Notes under the pieces: generated by a model | What the model saw: only the letters and a program-made list of their open reading frames with translations | Told to the model about the DNA's origin: nothing | The model's database searches: none | Shown: piece after piece, positions 50,463 through 60,640 of the stretch | Position numbering within the stretch: the stretch's first letter is position 1 | Layout of the letters: each line of letters starts with the position of its first letter | Program-made: the position numbers and the translations under genes | DNA from: an uncultured Actinomycetota bacterium | GTDB taxonomy: Bacteria; Actinomycetota; Actinomycetes; JAHEKZ01 | Length of the DNA stretch: 64,000 bases | Direction of reading: 5' to 3' | NCBI GenBank assembly: GCA_963829525.1 | Contig: CAWHIJ010000003.1 | Location: forward strand, 1,504,001 to 1,568,000

Positions 50463-52393
50463 CAGACCAAGCCGAGCTCGACGACGCTGCCCTTGGGAGC
50501 CTGGCTGCCGCCCTCGGGGTCCTGCGTTGCGACGCGGTTCAGCGGGCTGACGCCGAACAGGTCGTAGGTCTTGTACGCGAAGCCAGCGGCTTCGAGTTTG
50601 GCGATAGCTTCCTCCAGAGGCATGTCTACGACATCGGGGACCTCGACGAGCGGTGGTCCGAGCGACACGACGACCGAGACCGTGCTGCCCTGCTGGACAC
50701 TCGCTCCGGCAGCCGGGTCCTGGCTGATGACTGCGCCGACCGGCACCTTGTTGCTGTACTCCTCGCCGCTCTGGTCATACTCGAGATTCTGCTTGCCGAG
50801 CTGGTCCTGAGCGCTGCCGGTGGAGTCTCCCACCAGGTTGGGCACCGTCACCGGAGGGAGTCCCTTACTCACCACGAGATCGACGCGCGTGTCTGGTCGT
50901 ACCGAGGTGCCGGCCTCTGGCTTGGCATTCATGACAATGCCCGTCTCGACCGTGTCGGAGAACTTACGCGTGATGTCTCCCACCGCAAGATTGCGTTGTT
51001 TGATCTGCTGCTTGGCGTCCTCGAGCGCTTGGCCGACCACATTCGGGACGTCGTAACGCTCAGGACCCTTCGACACGACCAGGGTCACCGTGCTGCCGGA
51101 CGGCACCTCCGCGCCCTGCTCCGGGTCGCTGCTGATGACCTGACCAGCCTTGACGATCTCGCTGTACTTCTCGTCACCGAACTTGACGTCGAGTCCCTCG
51201 GACTCCAGCTGCGATTGGGCCGCCTGTGCGGTGAGCCCTGTGACGCGTGGCACCGTCGTGTTGCGTCCGTCCCCGATCCACCAGGCGAAGGCACCGGCAG
51301 CAATGGTGAGCGCGAGCACGACGGCAAGTGCCACGAGGCCCCGTCGACGACTGCGCTTGCGGTACGCCTCGGGGTCGAGTGCCTGGTCGCTTGCTTTCGA
51401 AGTGGCTTCGCTGGGTGCTGGCGGCGTCGGCGCGCCGACCGGTATGGCGGCATCGGCCGTAGGTGTCACCGCCGTGTCGTGCGTCGCAGCCGCCACGCCT
51501 ACCGGGATGGGCACCACCATCGTCTGTTGCAGGTCAACGGGCGTGGCCGACTTCGGGACGGTGCGCACCAGCAGCAGGAGCGCAGCGGCATCTGCCGGAC
51601 GCTGGTTCGGGTCGCGCTGAGTGGCCGCCAGGACGACGTCGTCGAGCAGGTTGCTGACTCCGGGGCTGAACTCCGATGGGGTAGGCACGTCCTCATTCAC
51701 GTGCCGGTAGGCGACAGAGATCGCCTCGTCTCCGGTGAACGGTGGGGCGCCGGTGAGCATCTCGAAGAGGACGATGCCTGCGGAGTAGACGTCGGAGCGT
51801 TCATCGGAGACGCCCGGCTTGACCTGCTCTGGCGACAGGTACGCGACGGTTCCGAGCAAGAGCCCAGAAGTGATGTGTTGGGTGGATGAAGTGTTCGTCG
51901 CGCGAGCTAGACCGAAGTCAGTGACGTAGACGTGGCCGTCGTCGCCGATCAGGACATTCTCTGGTTTGACGTCGCGGTGCACGACGCTTTCGGCGTGCGC
52001 TGCCGCGAGGGCCTGCAGAACGGGGTCGATGACGGCAAGCGCCTCGTCGACGGGGAGGCGCTTACGCTCGTTCAGGACGTCGCGCAGCGTCCGGCTCGGA
52101 ACGTACTCCATCGCGAGGAAGATGACTCCGCCATCTTGGCCCTGGTCGAACACCTTGACGATGTGACGGTTGGACAGCCTGGCGGCGGCACGGGCCTCGC
52201 GGGTGAAGCGGGCGACGAAGTCGGGGTCCTCGGCGAACGACGGGTGCATGACCTTCAGCGCGATGGTGCGGTCAAGCCGGGTGTCGGTCGCCCGATAGAC
52301 GGTGGCCATACCACCGCGCGCAACCTGCTCGTCGACGCGGTACCGCTCGTCGACAAGTCGCCCGATCAGCGGGTCGCCACCGTCAGAGTTCAC
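50462..52393 (-). CDS. PASTA-domain Ser/Thr kinase (PknL/Stk1 family)
   Basis: ARGGMATVY, ALK, HRDVKPEN, DFG, TM helix, four PASTA repeats; GTG start 6 nt after TAAACT. Confidence 0.93.
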   Translation of the reverse strand: MNSDGGDPLIGRLVDERYRVDEQVARGGMATVYRATDTRLDRTIALKVMHPSFAEDPDFVARFTREARAAARLSNRHIVKVFDQGQDGGVIFLAMEYVPSRTLRDVLNERKRLPVDEALAVIDPVLQALAAAHAESVVHRDVKPENVLIGDDGHVYVTDFGLARATNTSSTQHITSGLLLGTVAYLSPEQVKPGVSDERSDVYSAGIVLFEMLTGAPPFTGDEAISVAYRHVNEDVPTPSEFSPGVSNLLDDVVLAATQRDPNQRPADAAALLLLVRTVPKSATPVDLQQTMVVPIPVGVAAATHDTAVTPTADAAIPVGAPTPPAPSEATSKASDQALDPEAYRKRSRRRGLVALAVVLALTIAAGAFAWWIGDGRNTTVPRVTGLTAQAAQSQLESEGLDVKFGDEKYSEIVKAGQVISSDPEQGAEVPSGSTVTLVVSKGPERYDVPNVVGQALEDAKQQIKQRNLAVGDITRKFSDTVETGIVMNAKPEAGTSVRPDTRVDLVVSKGLPPVTVPNLVGDSTGSAQDQLGKQNLEYDQSGEEYSNKVPVGAVISQDPAAGASVQQGSTVSVVVSLGPPLVEVPDVVDMPLEEAIAKLEAAGFAYKTYDLFGVSPLNRVATQDPEGGSQAPKGSVVELGLV

Positions 52394-52528
52394 AACACGC
52401 GAGTTTACGTTCGGGAGTGCGGCAGGCCCGGCATCTGGAGCGTGTGCCGCCGCTGTTCTGCGGTGACCTGGCTCACCCCGCGACCCGCTCGCTGACTCAT
52501 CAGTCAGTGAACCCACTAGCATGCCGGG

Positions 52529-53692
52529 ATGAAGAGGATCGTGATCGTCGGAGGCGGGCTTGCCGGTTTCGAGTCGGCAAGGGCGTTACGGAGCCAGGGG
52601 TTCGGCGGCGAGGTGGTGATGCTCGCGGCTGAGCAGGAACCCCCCTATGACCGGCCGCCACTGTCGAAGGACTTCTTGGCCTGGCGCGACGTCTCCCTTC
52701 ACTTCGATATGGCCCCGGTGCCCGACATCGACATCCGCCTGGGCACACCGGCGACGGGCCTGGAGGCTGGATCGGTGCTGACCGCCGACGGTCGCCTCGA
52801 CTGCGACGGGGTGGTGGTTGCGGTCGGATCCACTCCCGTTGCACTCCCTGGGACGACGACGTTACGGACGCTTGGCGACGCGCACATGCTGCGCGACTCA
52901 TTGGAGATGGGCGCCGAGGTGGCCATCATCGGCGCCGGATGGATCGGTGCCGAAGTCGCGTCTGCCGCCGCTGAGAACGGCTGCTCGGTCACCGTCTACG
53001 AAGCGGCTGACTCTCCGCTGTCGGCCGCTCTGCCGAAGGACCTAGGGATGCGCACGGTCCAGTGGTACGAGCAGCTGGGGATTTCGCTGCGCTTGGGCGA
53101 GAGGGTTGATGACGTGACCGCTCTCGGTGCCGACGTCGTGCTGGCCGGGCTCGGAGCGCGTCCAGCGACCGAGGTCCTTACTGACAGCGATCTCGAGCTG
53201 CGGACCGAGGACGGCGCGGTCGTGGTCGACGACCGGATGCGGTCGTCGATGCCCGGAGTCGTGGCGGTGGGTGACTGCGCGGCCTGGTGGTCGGCGCGGT
53301 ACGACACCCGGTTGCGGGTGGAGCACTGGGACGCCGCACTCCACGCGCCGGCGGTGGCTGCCGCGGTGCTGCTGGCCGGCGACAAGGCCGATGCCGACGT
53401 GGAGCCGTACAACCCGGTGCCGTACTTCTGGTCAGACCAGTTCGGTCACACGATCCAGTACGCGGGCCATCGCTCGGCGTCTGATCGACGGGTCGACCGC
53501 TGCGTGGAGGGCGACTGGGCGGTCGGGTGGTTCCGCGACGCCGAAGGTGGCCCACAGTTGACGGCTCTGGCCGTCGTGGACCGACCGCGCGACCTCACGC
53601 AGGCCCGGCGGCTCATGACGGCGGGGACGGCGATCGACCCGGAGAAGTTTGCCGACGCGTCCGTCCCGGTCAAGGCCTGCACCCTGGGGTGA
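52529..53692 (+). CDS. FAD/NAD(P)-dependent oxidoreductase (ferredoxin-reductase-like)
   Basis: GGGLAG, PYDRPPLSK, GAGWIGAE, GDCA, VPYFWSDQ. Confidence 0.9.
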   Translation: MKRIVIVGGGLAGFESARALRSQGFGGEVVMLAAEQEPPYDRPPLSKDFLAWRDVSLHFDMAPVPDIDIRLGTPATGLEAGSVLTADGRLDCDGVVVAVGSTPVALPGTTTLRTLGDAHMLRDSLEMGAEVAIIGAGWIGAEVASAAAENGCSVTVYEAADSPLSAALPKDLGMRTVQWYEQLGISLRLGERVDDVTALGADVVLAGLGARPATEVLTDSDLELRTEDGAVVVDDRMRSSMPGVVAVGDCAAWWSARYDTRLRVEHWDAALHAPAVAAAVLLAGDKADADVEPYNPVPYFWSDQFGHTIQYAGHRSASDRRVDRCVEGDWAVGWFRDAEGGPQLTALAVVDRPRDLTQARRLMTAGTAIDPEKFADASVPVKACTLG

Positions 53693-53723
53693 GATCGAGT
53701 CATCGACGTGGCAGGGTGAGCGG

Positions 53724-54110
53724 GTGAGCACCCGAGCAAGCATCGACACCCCAGTCACCTCCGACGTGGATGAGCTGGTCGGTGAGTGGCTGACAGTGCC
53801 CGATCTCGCTGAGGCCCTGGGCATCGACGTGGTCAACGTTCGCCAGTACCTCAAGGATGGGCACCTGATCAGTGTTCGCCGCGGTGATCGTGCGGTCATC
53901 AGTGTTCCAGCCGCATTCGTGCAAGACGGCATCGTCGTCAAGAAGATCCCCGGACTGCTTACCTTGCTGCGGGACGCCGGCTACGACGAGAACGAGTCGA
54001 TGCGGTGGATCTTCACCTCCGACGACTCCTTGCCGGGAACCCCCATGCAGGCGCTGCTCGACAACCGGCACACCGAGGTACGCAGACGCGCTCAGTCGCT
54101 GGCCTTCTGA
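53724..54110 (+). CDS. Rv2175c-family DNA-binding protein
   Basis: WLTVPDLAEALG, PGLLTLLRDAGY, EVRRRAQSLAF; position near the PknL-like kinase. Confidence 0.88.
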   Translation: MSTRASIDTPVTSDVDELVGEWLTVPDLAEALGIDVVNVRQYLKDGHLISVRRGDRAVISVPAAFVQDGIVVKKIPGLLTLLRDAGYDENESMRWIFTSDDSLPGTPMQALLDNRHTEVRRRAQSLAF

Positions 54111-54112
54111 CC

Positions 54113-54472
54113 GTGCAGCAGTTCGCGTACTTCGGCGTCCTCCTTTTCATCGTGGTGGGGAGCGGCTGGCTCGAGCTCGGGCTGAGAACCAATGTGCTGC
54201 GTCGGTGGCGCAGGTTCGTTCTGTCGGTTGCGCCGGTGCTCATGCTGTTCCTGTTGTGGGATGCCTACGCCATTGCCTCAGAGCACTGGAACTTCGATCA
54301 GGAGCGGACCACCGGTGTGACGATCGGAGCCGGGATCCCCATCGAAGAGCTGGTGTTCTTCATCGTCGTCCCGTTCGCTGCCGTCCTTACCCTCGAGGCG
54401 GTGCGCTCGGTGCGCGGTTGGTCCGTCGGCGATGAGCCACCGGGGGATTCGGCGTCGGGGGCTTCGCAATGA
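54113..54472 (+). CDS. Heterodimeric lycopene cyclase subunit (CrtYc-like)
   Basis: WDAYAI...W.F, IPIEELVFF; hydrophobic. Confidence 0.85.
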   Translation: MQQFAYFGVLLFIVVGSGWLELGLRTNVLRRWRRFVLSVAPVLMLFLLWDAYAIASEHWNFDQERTTGVTIGAGIPIEELVFFIVVPFAAVLTLEAVRSVRGWSVGDEPPGDSASGASQ

Positions 54473-54858
54473 CGTACACGCAGCTGGCACTGTTGGGGGT
54501 CGGGCTCACCGTGGTTCTCGACCTCATGGTGTTGCGCACGCGGTTGCTGCTGCGGCGTACCTTCTGGGTGGCGTACGGGATCGTCGTCTTCTTCCAGCTT
54601 GCGACGAACGGCGTCCTCACCGGTTTCGAGATCGTTCGGTACTCCGGCGATGCCATCATCGGGACGGATTCGCCGACCTTCCTTGGCGACGGCCGCATCG
54701 CCTACGCTCCGATCGAGGATCTGCTCTTCGGCTTCGCTCTCGTGGTGCAGACGCTCATCTGGTGGGTGTGGTGGGGCCGCCGAGGTGTTCAGTACCGACC
54801 GCTTGCTGGCCCGCCGGTCTGGCGGCGCCGTCGAGGCGCGTCAGGCGCGGACAACTGA
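54469..54858 (+). CDS. Heterodimeric lycopene cyclase subunit (CrtYd-like)
   Basis: MTY, TNGVLTG, APIEDLLFGF. Confidence 0.85.
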   Translation: MTYTQLALLGVGLTVVLDLMVLRTRLLLRRTFWVAYGIVVFFQLATNGVLTGFEIVRYSGDAIIGTDSPTFLGDGRIAYAPIEDLLFGFALVVQTLIWWVWWGRRGVQYRPLAGPPVWRRRRGASGADN

Positions 54859-54894
54859 CACCCTCTGAGGTGGCGTCATGACCACGTCACCCGA

Positions 54895-55800
54895 TCATCG
54901 GGCACGGACGGCGCGGAACCACGCGGGGAGCGCCACCTGGACGCGGCGTGGCACTGACACGGTGGCCCTTTCGGTGAACACCTGGTAGTCGATGCTCTCG
55001 ACGGCGTCGGCGATTCCGCAGTAGAGGATGCGGGCGGCGTCGATGCAGGGCTGGCTGTCCGGCGAGAGCAGTGCGATGCCGGGGCGGGACGCCTGCTCGA
55101 GCCGCCGCACCCTGGCGATCTCGAACTTCAGCAGCTCGCGTACCGGCTCGGTGACGACCCGGCGCTCGAGATCTCGGCGGGTCAGCCCGAACTGTGAGAG
55201 GTCCGCAATCGGCATATAGAGGCGACCGCGGTCGAGGTCCTCACCGATGTCGCGGATGAAGTTGGCCAGCTGGAAGGCGACCCCCAGGTCCATGGCGTAG
55301 TCGTAGGCGGCGTCCGAACTCGGTTCGAGGATCGGCACCATCTGCAGGCCGATGACGGCTGCTGATCCGTAGACGTACTCGTAGAGGGCGTCGTAGTCGG
55401 CGTACTCGGTGACCGTGAGGTCCATGGCCATCGAGTGAAGGAACGCCTCGAAGTGCGCGCGCGGGATGTTCCAGCGCTGCACCGTGTCGACCACCGCGCG
55501 GCAGATGGGGTCGTCACTGTGGCCGGCATCAAGATCAACCAGGAACTTCGCCCCCCACTCGTGCAACAGCGTTGTCTTCTGCTCATCGGTGAGGGTGCTT
55601 GCCAGATCATCGACGATCTCGTCGGCGTACCGTGCGAAACCGTAGAGTGCATGCACGTAGGGACGCTTAGCCGGAGGCAAGAGCAGGGTGGCCAGGTAGT
55701 ACGTCTTGCCGTGGGCGGCATTGAGCCGTCGGCACGCCTCGTACGACTCACGGAGGTGCGGATCGAACACTCCCGCAGCGTCCAACTCACGTTCGCTCAC
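54895..55800 (-). CDS. crtB: Phytoene synthase
   Basis: HGKTYY, ARYADEIVD, AFQLANFIRDIGED, GRLYMP. Confidence 0.95.
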   Translation of the reverse strand: MSERELDAAGVFDPHLRESYEACRRLNAAHGKTYYLATLLLPPAKRPYVHALYGFARYADEIVDDLASTLTDEQKTTLLHEWGAKFLVDLDAGHSDDPICRAVVDTVQRWNIPRAHFEAFLHSMAMDLTVTEYADYDALYEYVYGSAAVIGLQMVPILEPSSDAAYDYAMDLGVAFQLANFIRDIGEDLDRGRLYMPIADLSQFGLTRRDLERRVVTEPVRELLKFEIARVRRLEQASRPGIALLSPDSQPCIDAARILYCGIADAVESIDYQVFTERATVSVPRRVQVALPAWFRAVRAR

Positions 55801-55921
55801 GGCGACATCCTGCCTCACCGGGTTCGCACCTGGCGGGCGACGGTGCGAGTAGGTTGGGGGGTGAAGGAGTCTCAGGGGAGCGGCGGGGAATGTCCGTCGC
55901 AATGCGGGAAGGGTGAGGGCG

Positions 55922-56422
55922 ATGAGCACGGAGTCGACGGAAGAGCCGGTCGACATCAACGACCCTGAGCTTTTCGGATCGCTCGAGGACGACGAGGTGC
56001 CGGCTGCGGTGCAGGAAGCCTTCGACGGCCGAAGGGGAGTCCATCTCCTTGAAACTGAGCCCGGACCGGTGCGGCGTGAGGCCACTGAGCACGACTGGCA
56101 TACGGTCACTTTGGACACTTTGGGCGTGGACGACCGCGAGGGGTTTGTCGCTGCTCTGTCCGAATGTTTTGACCTGTCCGGCCTCGGCGCTGGTTCGTGG
56201 GACGTGCTCGATCAGCACCTGCGCGCACTCGACCTCGACGAGCCGAACGGGCTCCTCATCTGCTGGGACGGTTGGGGCTCCTTCGCAGAAGCCGACCCGG
56301 ACAGTTTCGAGATGGCGATCGAGATCTTCCAGGACGCCTGCATCGCTTGGCAGTACGACAAGTTCCAAGCGGCGGTGCTGCTCGTCGGCGACGGCCCTGA
56401 GACCGACGTCCCGTCCTGGTGA
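55922..56422 (+). CDS. Barstar-family protein
   Basis: TLD...DREGF...CFDL...SWDVLDQHL...LICWDGW...IFQDA pattern; strongly acidic. Confidence 0.7.
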   Translation: MSTESTEEPVDINDPELFGSLEDDEVPAAVQEAFDGRRGVHLLETEPGPVRREATEHDWHTVTLDTLGVDDREGFVAALSECFDLSGLGAGSWDVLDQHLRALDLDEPNGLLICWDGWGSFAEADPDSFEMAIEIFQDACIAWQYDKFQAAVLLVGDGPETDVPSW

Positions 56423-56426
56423 TGTT

Positions 56427-57926
56427 TCAGCGTAAGGCGCGCGAGCGGTAGTTCGGATCGGGTCCGGTGATCCGTTCGGCGGCCAGGCGCCCAGAGATCA
56501 GCACCATGGGGACGCCGACACCTGGCGTTGTGCCAGACCCGGCGAACACGACGTTCTCTCCCCACAGGTTCTTCGGTCGGAATGGACCGGTCTGAAGGAA
56601 CGAGTGCGCCGACGCGAACGGCGAACCATCAGCCATGCCCTGACGTTCCCAGTCGACCGGGTCGATGATGTGCTCGACTTCCACGGCGTCGCTGAAGCCG
56701 ACGTAGCCGCGCTCCTCGAGGACGGCGAGGACATGGTCGCGGTACCCCTCACGCTCCACCGCCCAATCGATGTCGGCAGAGGTGTTCGGCGTCGGGAAGA
56801 AGACGTAGTAGATCTGGCGTCCGTCGGGCGCCAGTGACGGGTCGGAGTGTGTCGGGTTGGACACCAGAAAGCTTGGGTCGCTCATCAGTTCGCCGCGGTC
56901 GATGAGTTCATCGAAGACACCGCGCCACGAGCGGCCAAAGTGGATGTTGTGGTGCGCGACCTTGGCGTACGACGCTGACGAACCGGCGAGCATCAGGAAG
57001 CAGGAGGGGGAGTAGCGCAGACGGCGCACCGTCCATGGCTCCTCACCGAGCAGCTCACGCATAGCCACGGGGAGGTCAGGGTTGACGACGACGGCGTCGC
57101 AAGGAATGCGATCTCCGTCCGCGGTGTGAACAGCCACCGCTCGCGCACCGCGGCGTTCGATGTGGATCGCTTCTGTGCTGTAACGGAAGTCGACCCCGTG
57201 CTTGCTCGCCGCCGCAGCCATCGCCTCGGGGACGGCGTGCATGCCGCCGTCCGGCGCGTAGACGCCGGCGACGGAGTCCATGTACGCGATCACGCAGTAC
57301 AGAGCCATTGCGTCGAATGGTGACATTCCTGCGTACATGGCCTGGAACGACAGGACGCGTTGCGTCCGAGGGTCCTTGAGGTACTGCTCGACCTTCGGCG
57401 CCATCCTGCGAAAACCCCCGAGTGCGGCGAGTCGGGCCAGGTTTGGCGTCAGCAGGTCGAACGGTGAGTCGATGTTGCGGTCGATGAAGTCGGTCATTTC
57501 ATACCGGTAGAGCTGGGTGACGAACTCAACGTAGCGGCGGTAACCGCCCGCTTCTTCGGGTCCGCAGACCTGCCGGATCTCCTCGATCATCGCGGCTGGG
57601 TCCAGCTTCACGTCCAGAGATGAACCGTCGGCGTACCAGGCGCGGTAGAGAGGGTCGATGGGACGCAGCGTGAGCCAGTCGTCCATGTCCTCGCCGACGC
57701 AGTCGAATGCATCGGCGATGAGGTCGGGCATCGTCAGCACCGTTGGGCCATTGTCGAAGTGATAGCCCGCGTCGGCGATGACGCCGGCACGTCCTCCTGG
57801 AACTGCCGCTCGCTCGATGACGGTCACCTGGCGGCCGGCTCCGGCAAGGCGAAGTGCCGCCGAAAGCCCGGCCAGCCCGGCTCCGATGACGACGACATGG
57901 TCGGTTCGACCGCGAACGGTGCGCAT
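56427..57926 (-). CDS. crtI: Phytoene desaturase
   Basis: VIGAGLAGL, FDNGPTVLTMP, FQAMYAG, QTGPFRP, GSGTTPGVGVPM. Confidence 0.95.
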   Translation of the reverse strand: MRTVRGRTDHVVVIGAGLAGLSAALRLAGAGRQVTVIERAAVPGGRAGVIADAGYHFDNGPTVLTMPDLIADAFDCVGEDMDDWLTLRPIDPLYRAWYADGSSLDVKLDPAAMIEEIRQVCGPEEAGGYRRYVEFVTQLYRYEMTDFIDRNIDSPFDLLTPNLARLAALGGFRRMAPKVEQYLKDPRTQRVLSFQAMYAGMSPFDAMALYCVIAYMDSVAGVYAPDGGMHAVPEAMAAAASKHGVDFRYSTEAIHIERRGARAVAVHTADGDRIPCDAVVVNPDLPVAMRELLGEEPWTVRRLRYSPSCFLMLAGSSASYAKVAHHNIHFGRSWRGVFDELIDRGELMSDPSFLVSNPTHSDPSLAPDGRQIYYVFFPTPNTSADIDWAVEREGYRDHVLAVLEERGYVGFSDAVEVEHIIDPVDWERQGMADGSPFASAHSFLQTGPFRPKNLWGENVVFAGSGTTPGVGVPMVLISGRLAAERITGPDPNYRSRALR

Positions 57927-57930
57927 GGGC

Positions 57931-58999
57931 CTACCCCTCCCGCCGAGTAGCGGCGAAGGTGAGGTCGTCCAGGACCCCATGGGCAGGTTGGGGCAGCAGG
58001 GTCAGAGCTCGGTGTGACTCGTCCACGAGCGAGATGATGAGCTCTTCGACGAATGTCAGCGCGCCGGTCTCCTCGATCAGGCCGCGCAGTTCGTCGACGC
58101 CGGCGGCCGTCAGGTGCGGGTCGCCCAGGTGACGGTGCAGAAGTGCCAGTTGCGAGGGGCTGCTTCGCTCGTCCGCGACGGCGATGAGCACGGTGCGCTT
58201 TCCCTCACGCAGATCGTCGCCGGCTGGTTTTCCCGTAACGGCTGGGTCACCGAAGACGCCGAGGACGTCGTCGCGCAGCTGAAAGGCCTCGCCCAGCGGG
58301 ATGCCATAGGCGCTGTACTGCGTGAGGAGCTCGGGTGGGGCTCCGGCCAATGTGGCGCCGAGATGAAGGGGGCCCTCTACGGTGTACTTGGCAGCCTTGT
58401 AACCGAGCAACCCGAAGAGCCCGCTCGACCGATCCGCCACCCCTCGCCTGCTCGAGCAGGTCGAGATACTGGCCGGCCATCAGCTCGGTACGCATCCGGT
58501 CATAGACGGGTTTGGCTCGCACCAGGGCGTCCTGCGGAAGAGCTGCAGAGAAGAGCATCTCGTCGGCCCAGGTGAGGGTGAGGTCACCCAGCAGGATCGC
58601 AGCGCCCGTCCCGAACGACTCCGGTGAACCGACCCACTGAGCGCTGCGGTGCAGACCCGCAAACTTCCGATGCGCGCTCGGATGGCCGCGTCGGGTATCG
58701 GAGTCGTCCATGACGTCGTCGTGGATCAGCGCGCAGGCCTGGAGGAACTCAAGTGCTGCGACCGCTCGGATGATCTCGGTGCAGTCATCACCGCCGGCTC
58801 CGCGCCACCCCCAGTACGCGAAGGCGGGGCGCAGCCGCTTGCCGCCCGCGAGAAGGGTGCGGGCGGCGTCCAGGATGGGGAGCAGCTCTTCCCCAACGGC
58901 GTCGAGCACCGGCTGTTGGCTTTCGAGGAAAGCCTCGAGCTCTTTGTGCACGCGGACGCGGAGGTCTTCAGCATCGAGCGGAGAGCGCTGCGAGGACAT
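57931..58999 (-). CDS. Polyprenyl (GGPP) synthase, CrtE/IdsA-like (frameshift near 58400)
   Basis: GGKRLRP, LIHDDVMDDSDTRRG, GQYLD, FQLRDD, GKPAGDDLREGK. Confidence 0.92.
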
Positions 59000-59061
59000 A
59001 CCGGCGAGGCTATCTGCCCACTCGCGCGCTTGCAGCCCGAGGCCAGTTCCACCCGCTCGCT

Positions 59062-59085
59062 CAGTCGCACACCCAGTCGCACACC
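59062..59085. repeat. 12-bp direct repeat upstream of the polyprenyl synthase
   Basis: CAGTCGCACACC twice in tandem. Confidence 0.75.
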
Positions 59086-59104
59086 CGGCTGCCCGCTCGG
59101 GTCC

Positions 59105-60607
59105 TCAGGCGGGGCCGATCAGATCGGCCACGATCGCTGCCGACATTCCCACGAGGGGTAGCCCACCGCCCGGGTGCGCCGAACCCCCGACCAGGAAGAG
59201 GCCAGGAACCGGCGAGCGGTTGGCAGCCCTGAGGAACGCAGCCCTCGCCCCGTTGCTGGATGTGCCGTAGATGGACCCTCCCGGTGAGCGGGTGGTGCGC
59301 TCGAGGTCTGCCGGCGTCCGGACCTCCGACCACAGCAGGCGTGGCCGGACGTCGTAGCCGCGCGCTGCGAGGACATCGAGGATGCGTTCGCGGTACTCGC
59401 TCACGAGGTCGAGGTCACTCCAGTCCACGCCTCCGGCTGGATCGTGGCGTGGTGCGTTGACGAGCACGAACCACGCCTCGTGTTCGTCGTCGGGGCGCAT
59501 CAGCGTGTCGTCGGGAGCGCAGAGGTAGATCGTCGGATCGTCGACCGGACGGGGCGTACGGCCGAAGATCGAGTCGAACTCGGCGTCGTAGTCGGAGGGG
59601 AAGAGCACATTGTGGTGCAGCAGTCCTGGGGTGCGGCCCCGGACCGCCAACAGCATCACGAAACCGGCGAGGGATGGTGTTGCCCTCTTCAAGCGACGAA
59701 GTGGAGCACTTGCAGCCTTGTCGTCGAGCAGCTCTGCGTACAGGTGCCGGGCATCGGCGTCGGACACCACAACATCGGCGTTGATCGGTTCGCCGGAAGC
59801 AAGCGTTACCCCACTCACCCGGTTCGCATCGGTGTGGATGCGCGCAACGTCGGCACCGAAGCGGAAGGTGATGCCGCGGTCGCGACACCGCTGATACAAC
59901 GCATCGGCGAGCCCACCGATGCCCCCTCCGATGTGCCAGGCGCCAAAGGTCTGTTCGACGAAGGGGATGACGGCGAGGGCGGCCGGAGCCTTTCGAGGGT
60001 CCGAGCCGGTGTAAGTGGCGTACCGGTCGAGAAGCGTGACCAGGCGGGGGTCGTCGAAGTACTCGTTTCCAAGGCCACGAAGCGTCTTCCAGGGTGCCAC
60101 GGTCCGCAGGTCCGACCACTTCCGAAGGTGTGGCAGCAGGTCTCGCGGTCCGTTGAGCGGTGACTCGAGGAAGGGCACCCGCGTTGCTGACCATAAGTCC
60201 GCCGATCGCCTGCTGAAACGCTTCCAATCGTCCTCGGCAGAACTACCTAGCGCCGCACCGAGTGCAGCAGCAACTCGATTGCTGTTGCTACCAGGAAGAA
60301 CGGCGTTGACGCCGTCAGCCCAGCGGTAGCAGAAGGCTGGGTCCAAGCCTTGCAGATCGACGTTCTCCTCCAGCGCTGCGCCCTTTCGGCGGATGGGCGT
60401 CTTGAGGAAGAGGTCGCGGTAGACGGCGGGCAGCGTGAGCAGTGATGGCCCGGTGTCGAACGCGAATCCGTCCCGCCGGTACGTCTCGACCTTGCCTCCT
60501 GCACGTTCAGATTGCTCGAGGACCGTGACGTCATGCCCCTGGGCAGAGAGGCGCGCGGCGGCGGCCATGCCGCCCATGCCTGCACCTATCACCACCACCG
60601 AAGCCAC
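59105..60607 (-). CDS. Second CrtI-family carotenoid desaturase/oxidoreductase (possibly CrtD-like)
   Basis: IGAGMGG, FDTGPSLLTLP, RYATYTGSDP, GGSAHPGGGLP. Confidence 0.88.
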   Translation of the reverse strand: MASVVVIGAGMGGMAAAARLSAQGHDVTVLEQSERAGGKVETYRRDGFAFDTGPSLLTLPAVYRDLFLKTPIRRKGAALEENVDLQGLDPAFCYRWADGVNAVLPGSNSNRVAAALGAALGSSAEDDWKRFSRRSADLWSATRVPFLESPLNGPRDLLPHLRKWSDLRTVAPWKTLRGLGNEYFDDPRLVTLLDRYATYTGSDPRKAPAALAVIPFVEQTFGAWHIGGGIGGLADALYQRCRDRGITFRFGADVARIHTDANRVSGVTLASGEPINADVVVSDADARHLYAELLDDKAASAPLRRLKRATPSLAGFVMLLAVRGRTPGLLHHNVLFPSDYDAEFDSIFGRTPRPVDDPTIYLCAPDDTLMRPDDEHEAWFVLVNAPRHDPAGGVDWSDLDLVSEYRERILDVLAARGYDVRPRLLWSEVRTPADLERTTRSPGGSIYGTSSNGARAAFLRAANRSPVPGLFLVGGSAHPGGGLPLVGMSAAIVADLIGPA

Positions 60608-60640
60608 GTCGGGAGCGTACGGGTGGCTAGTGTCGGCGGC
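60608..60640. promoter_or_regulatory. 33-bp bidirectional leaderless promoter
   Basis: Plus strand TAGTGT-N7-ATG(60641); minus strand TACGCT-N6-GTG(60607). Confidence 0.6.
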
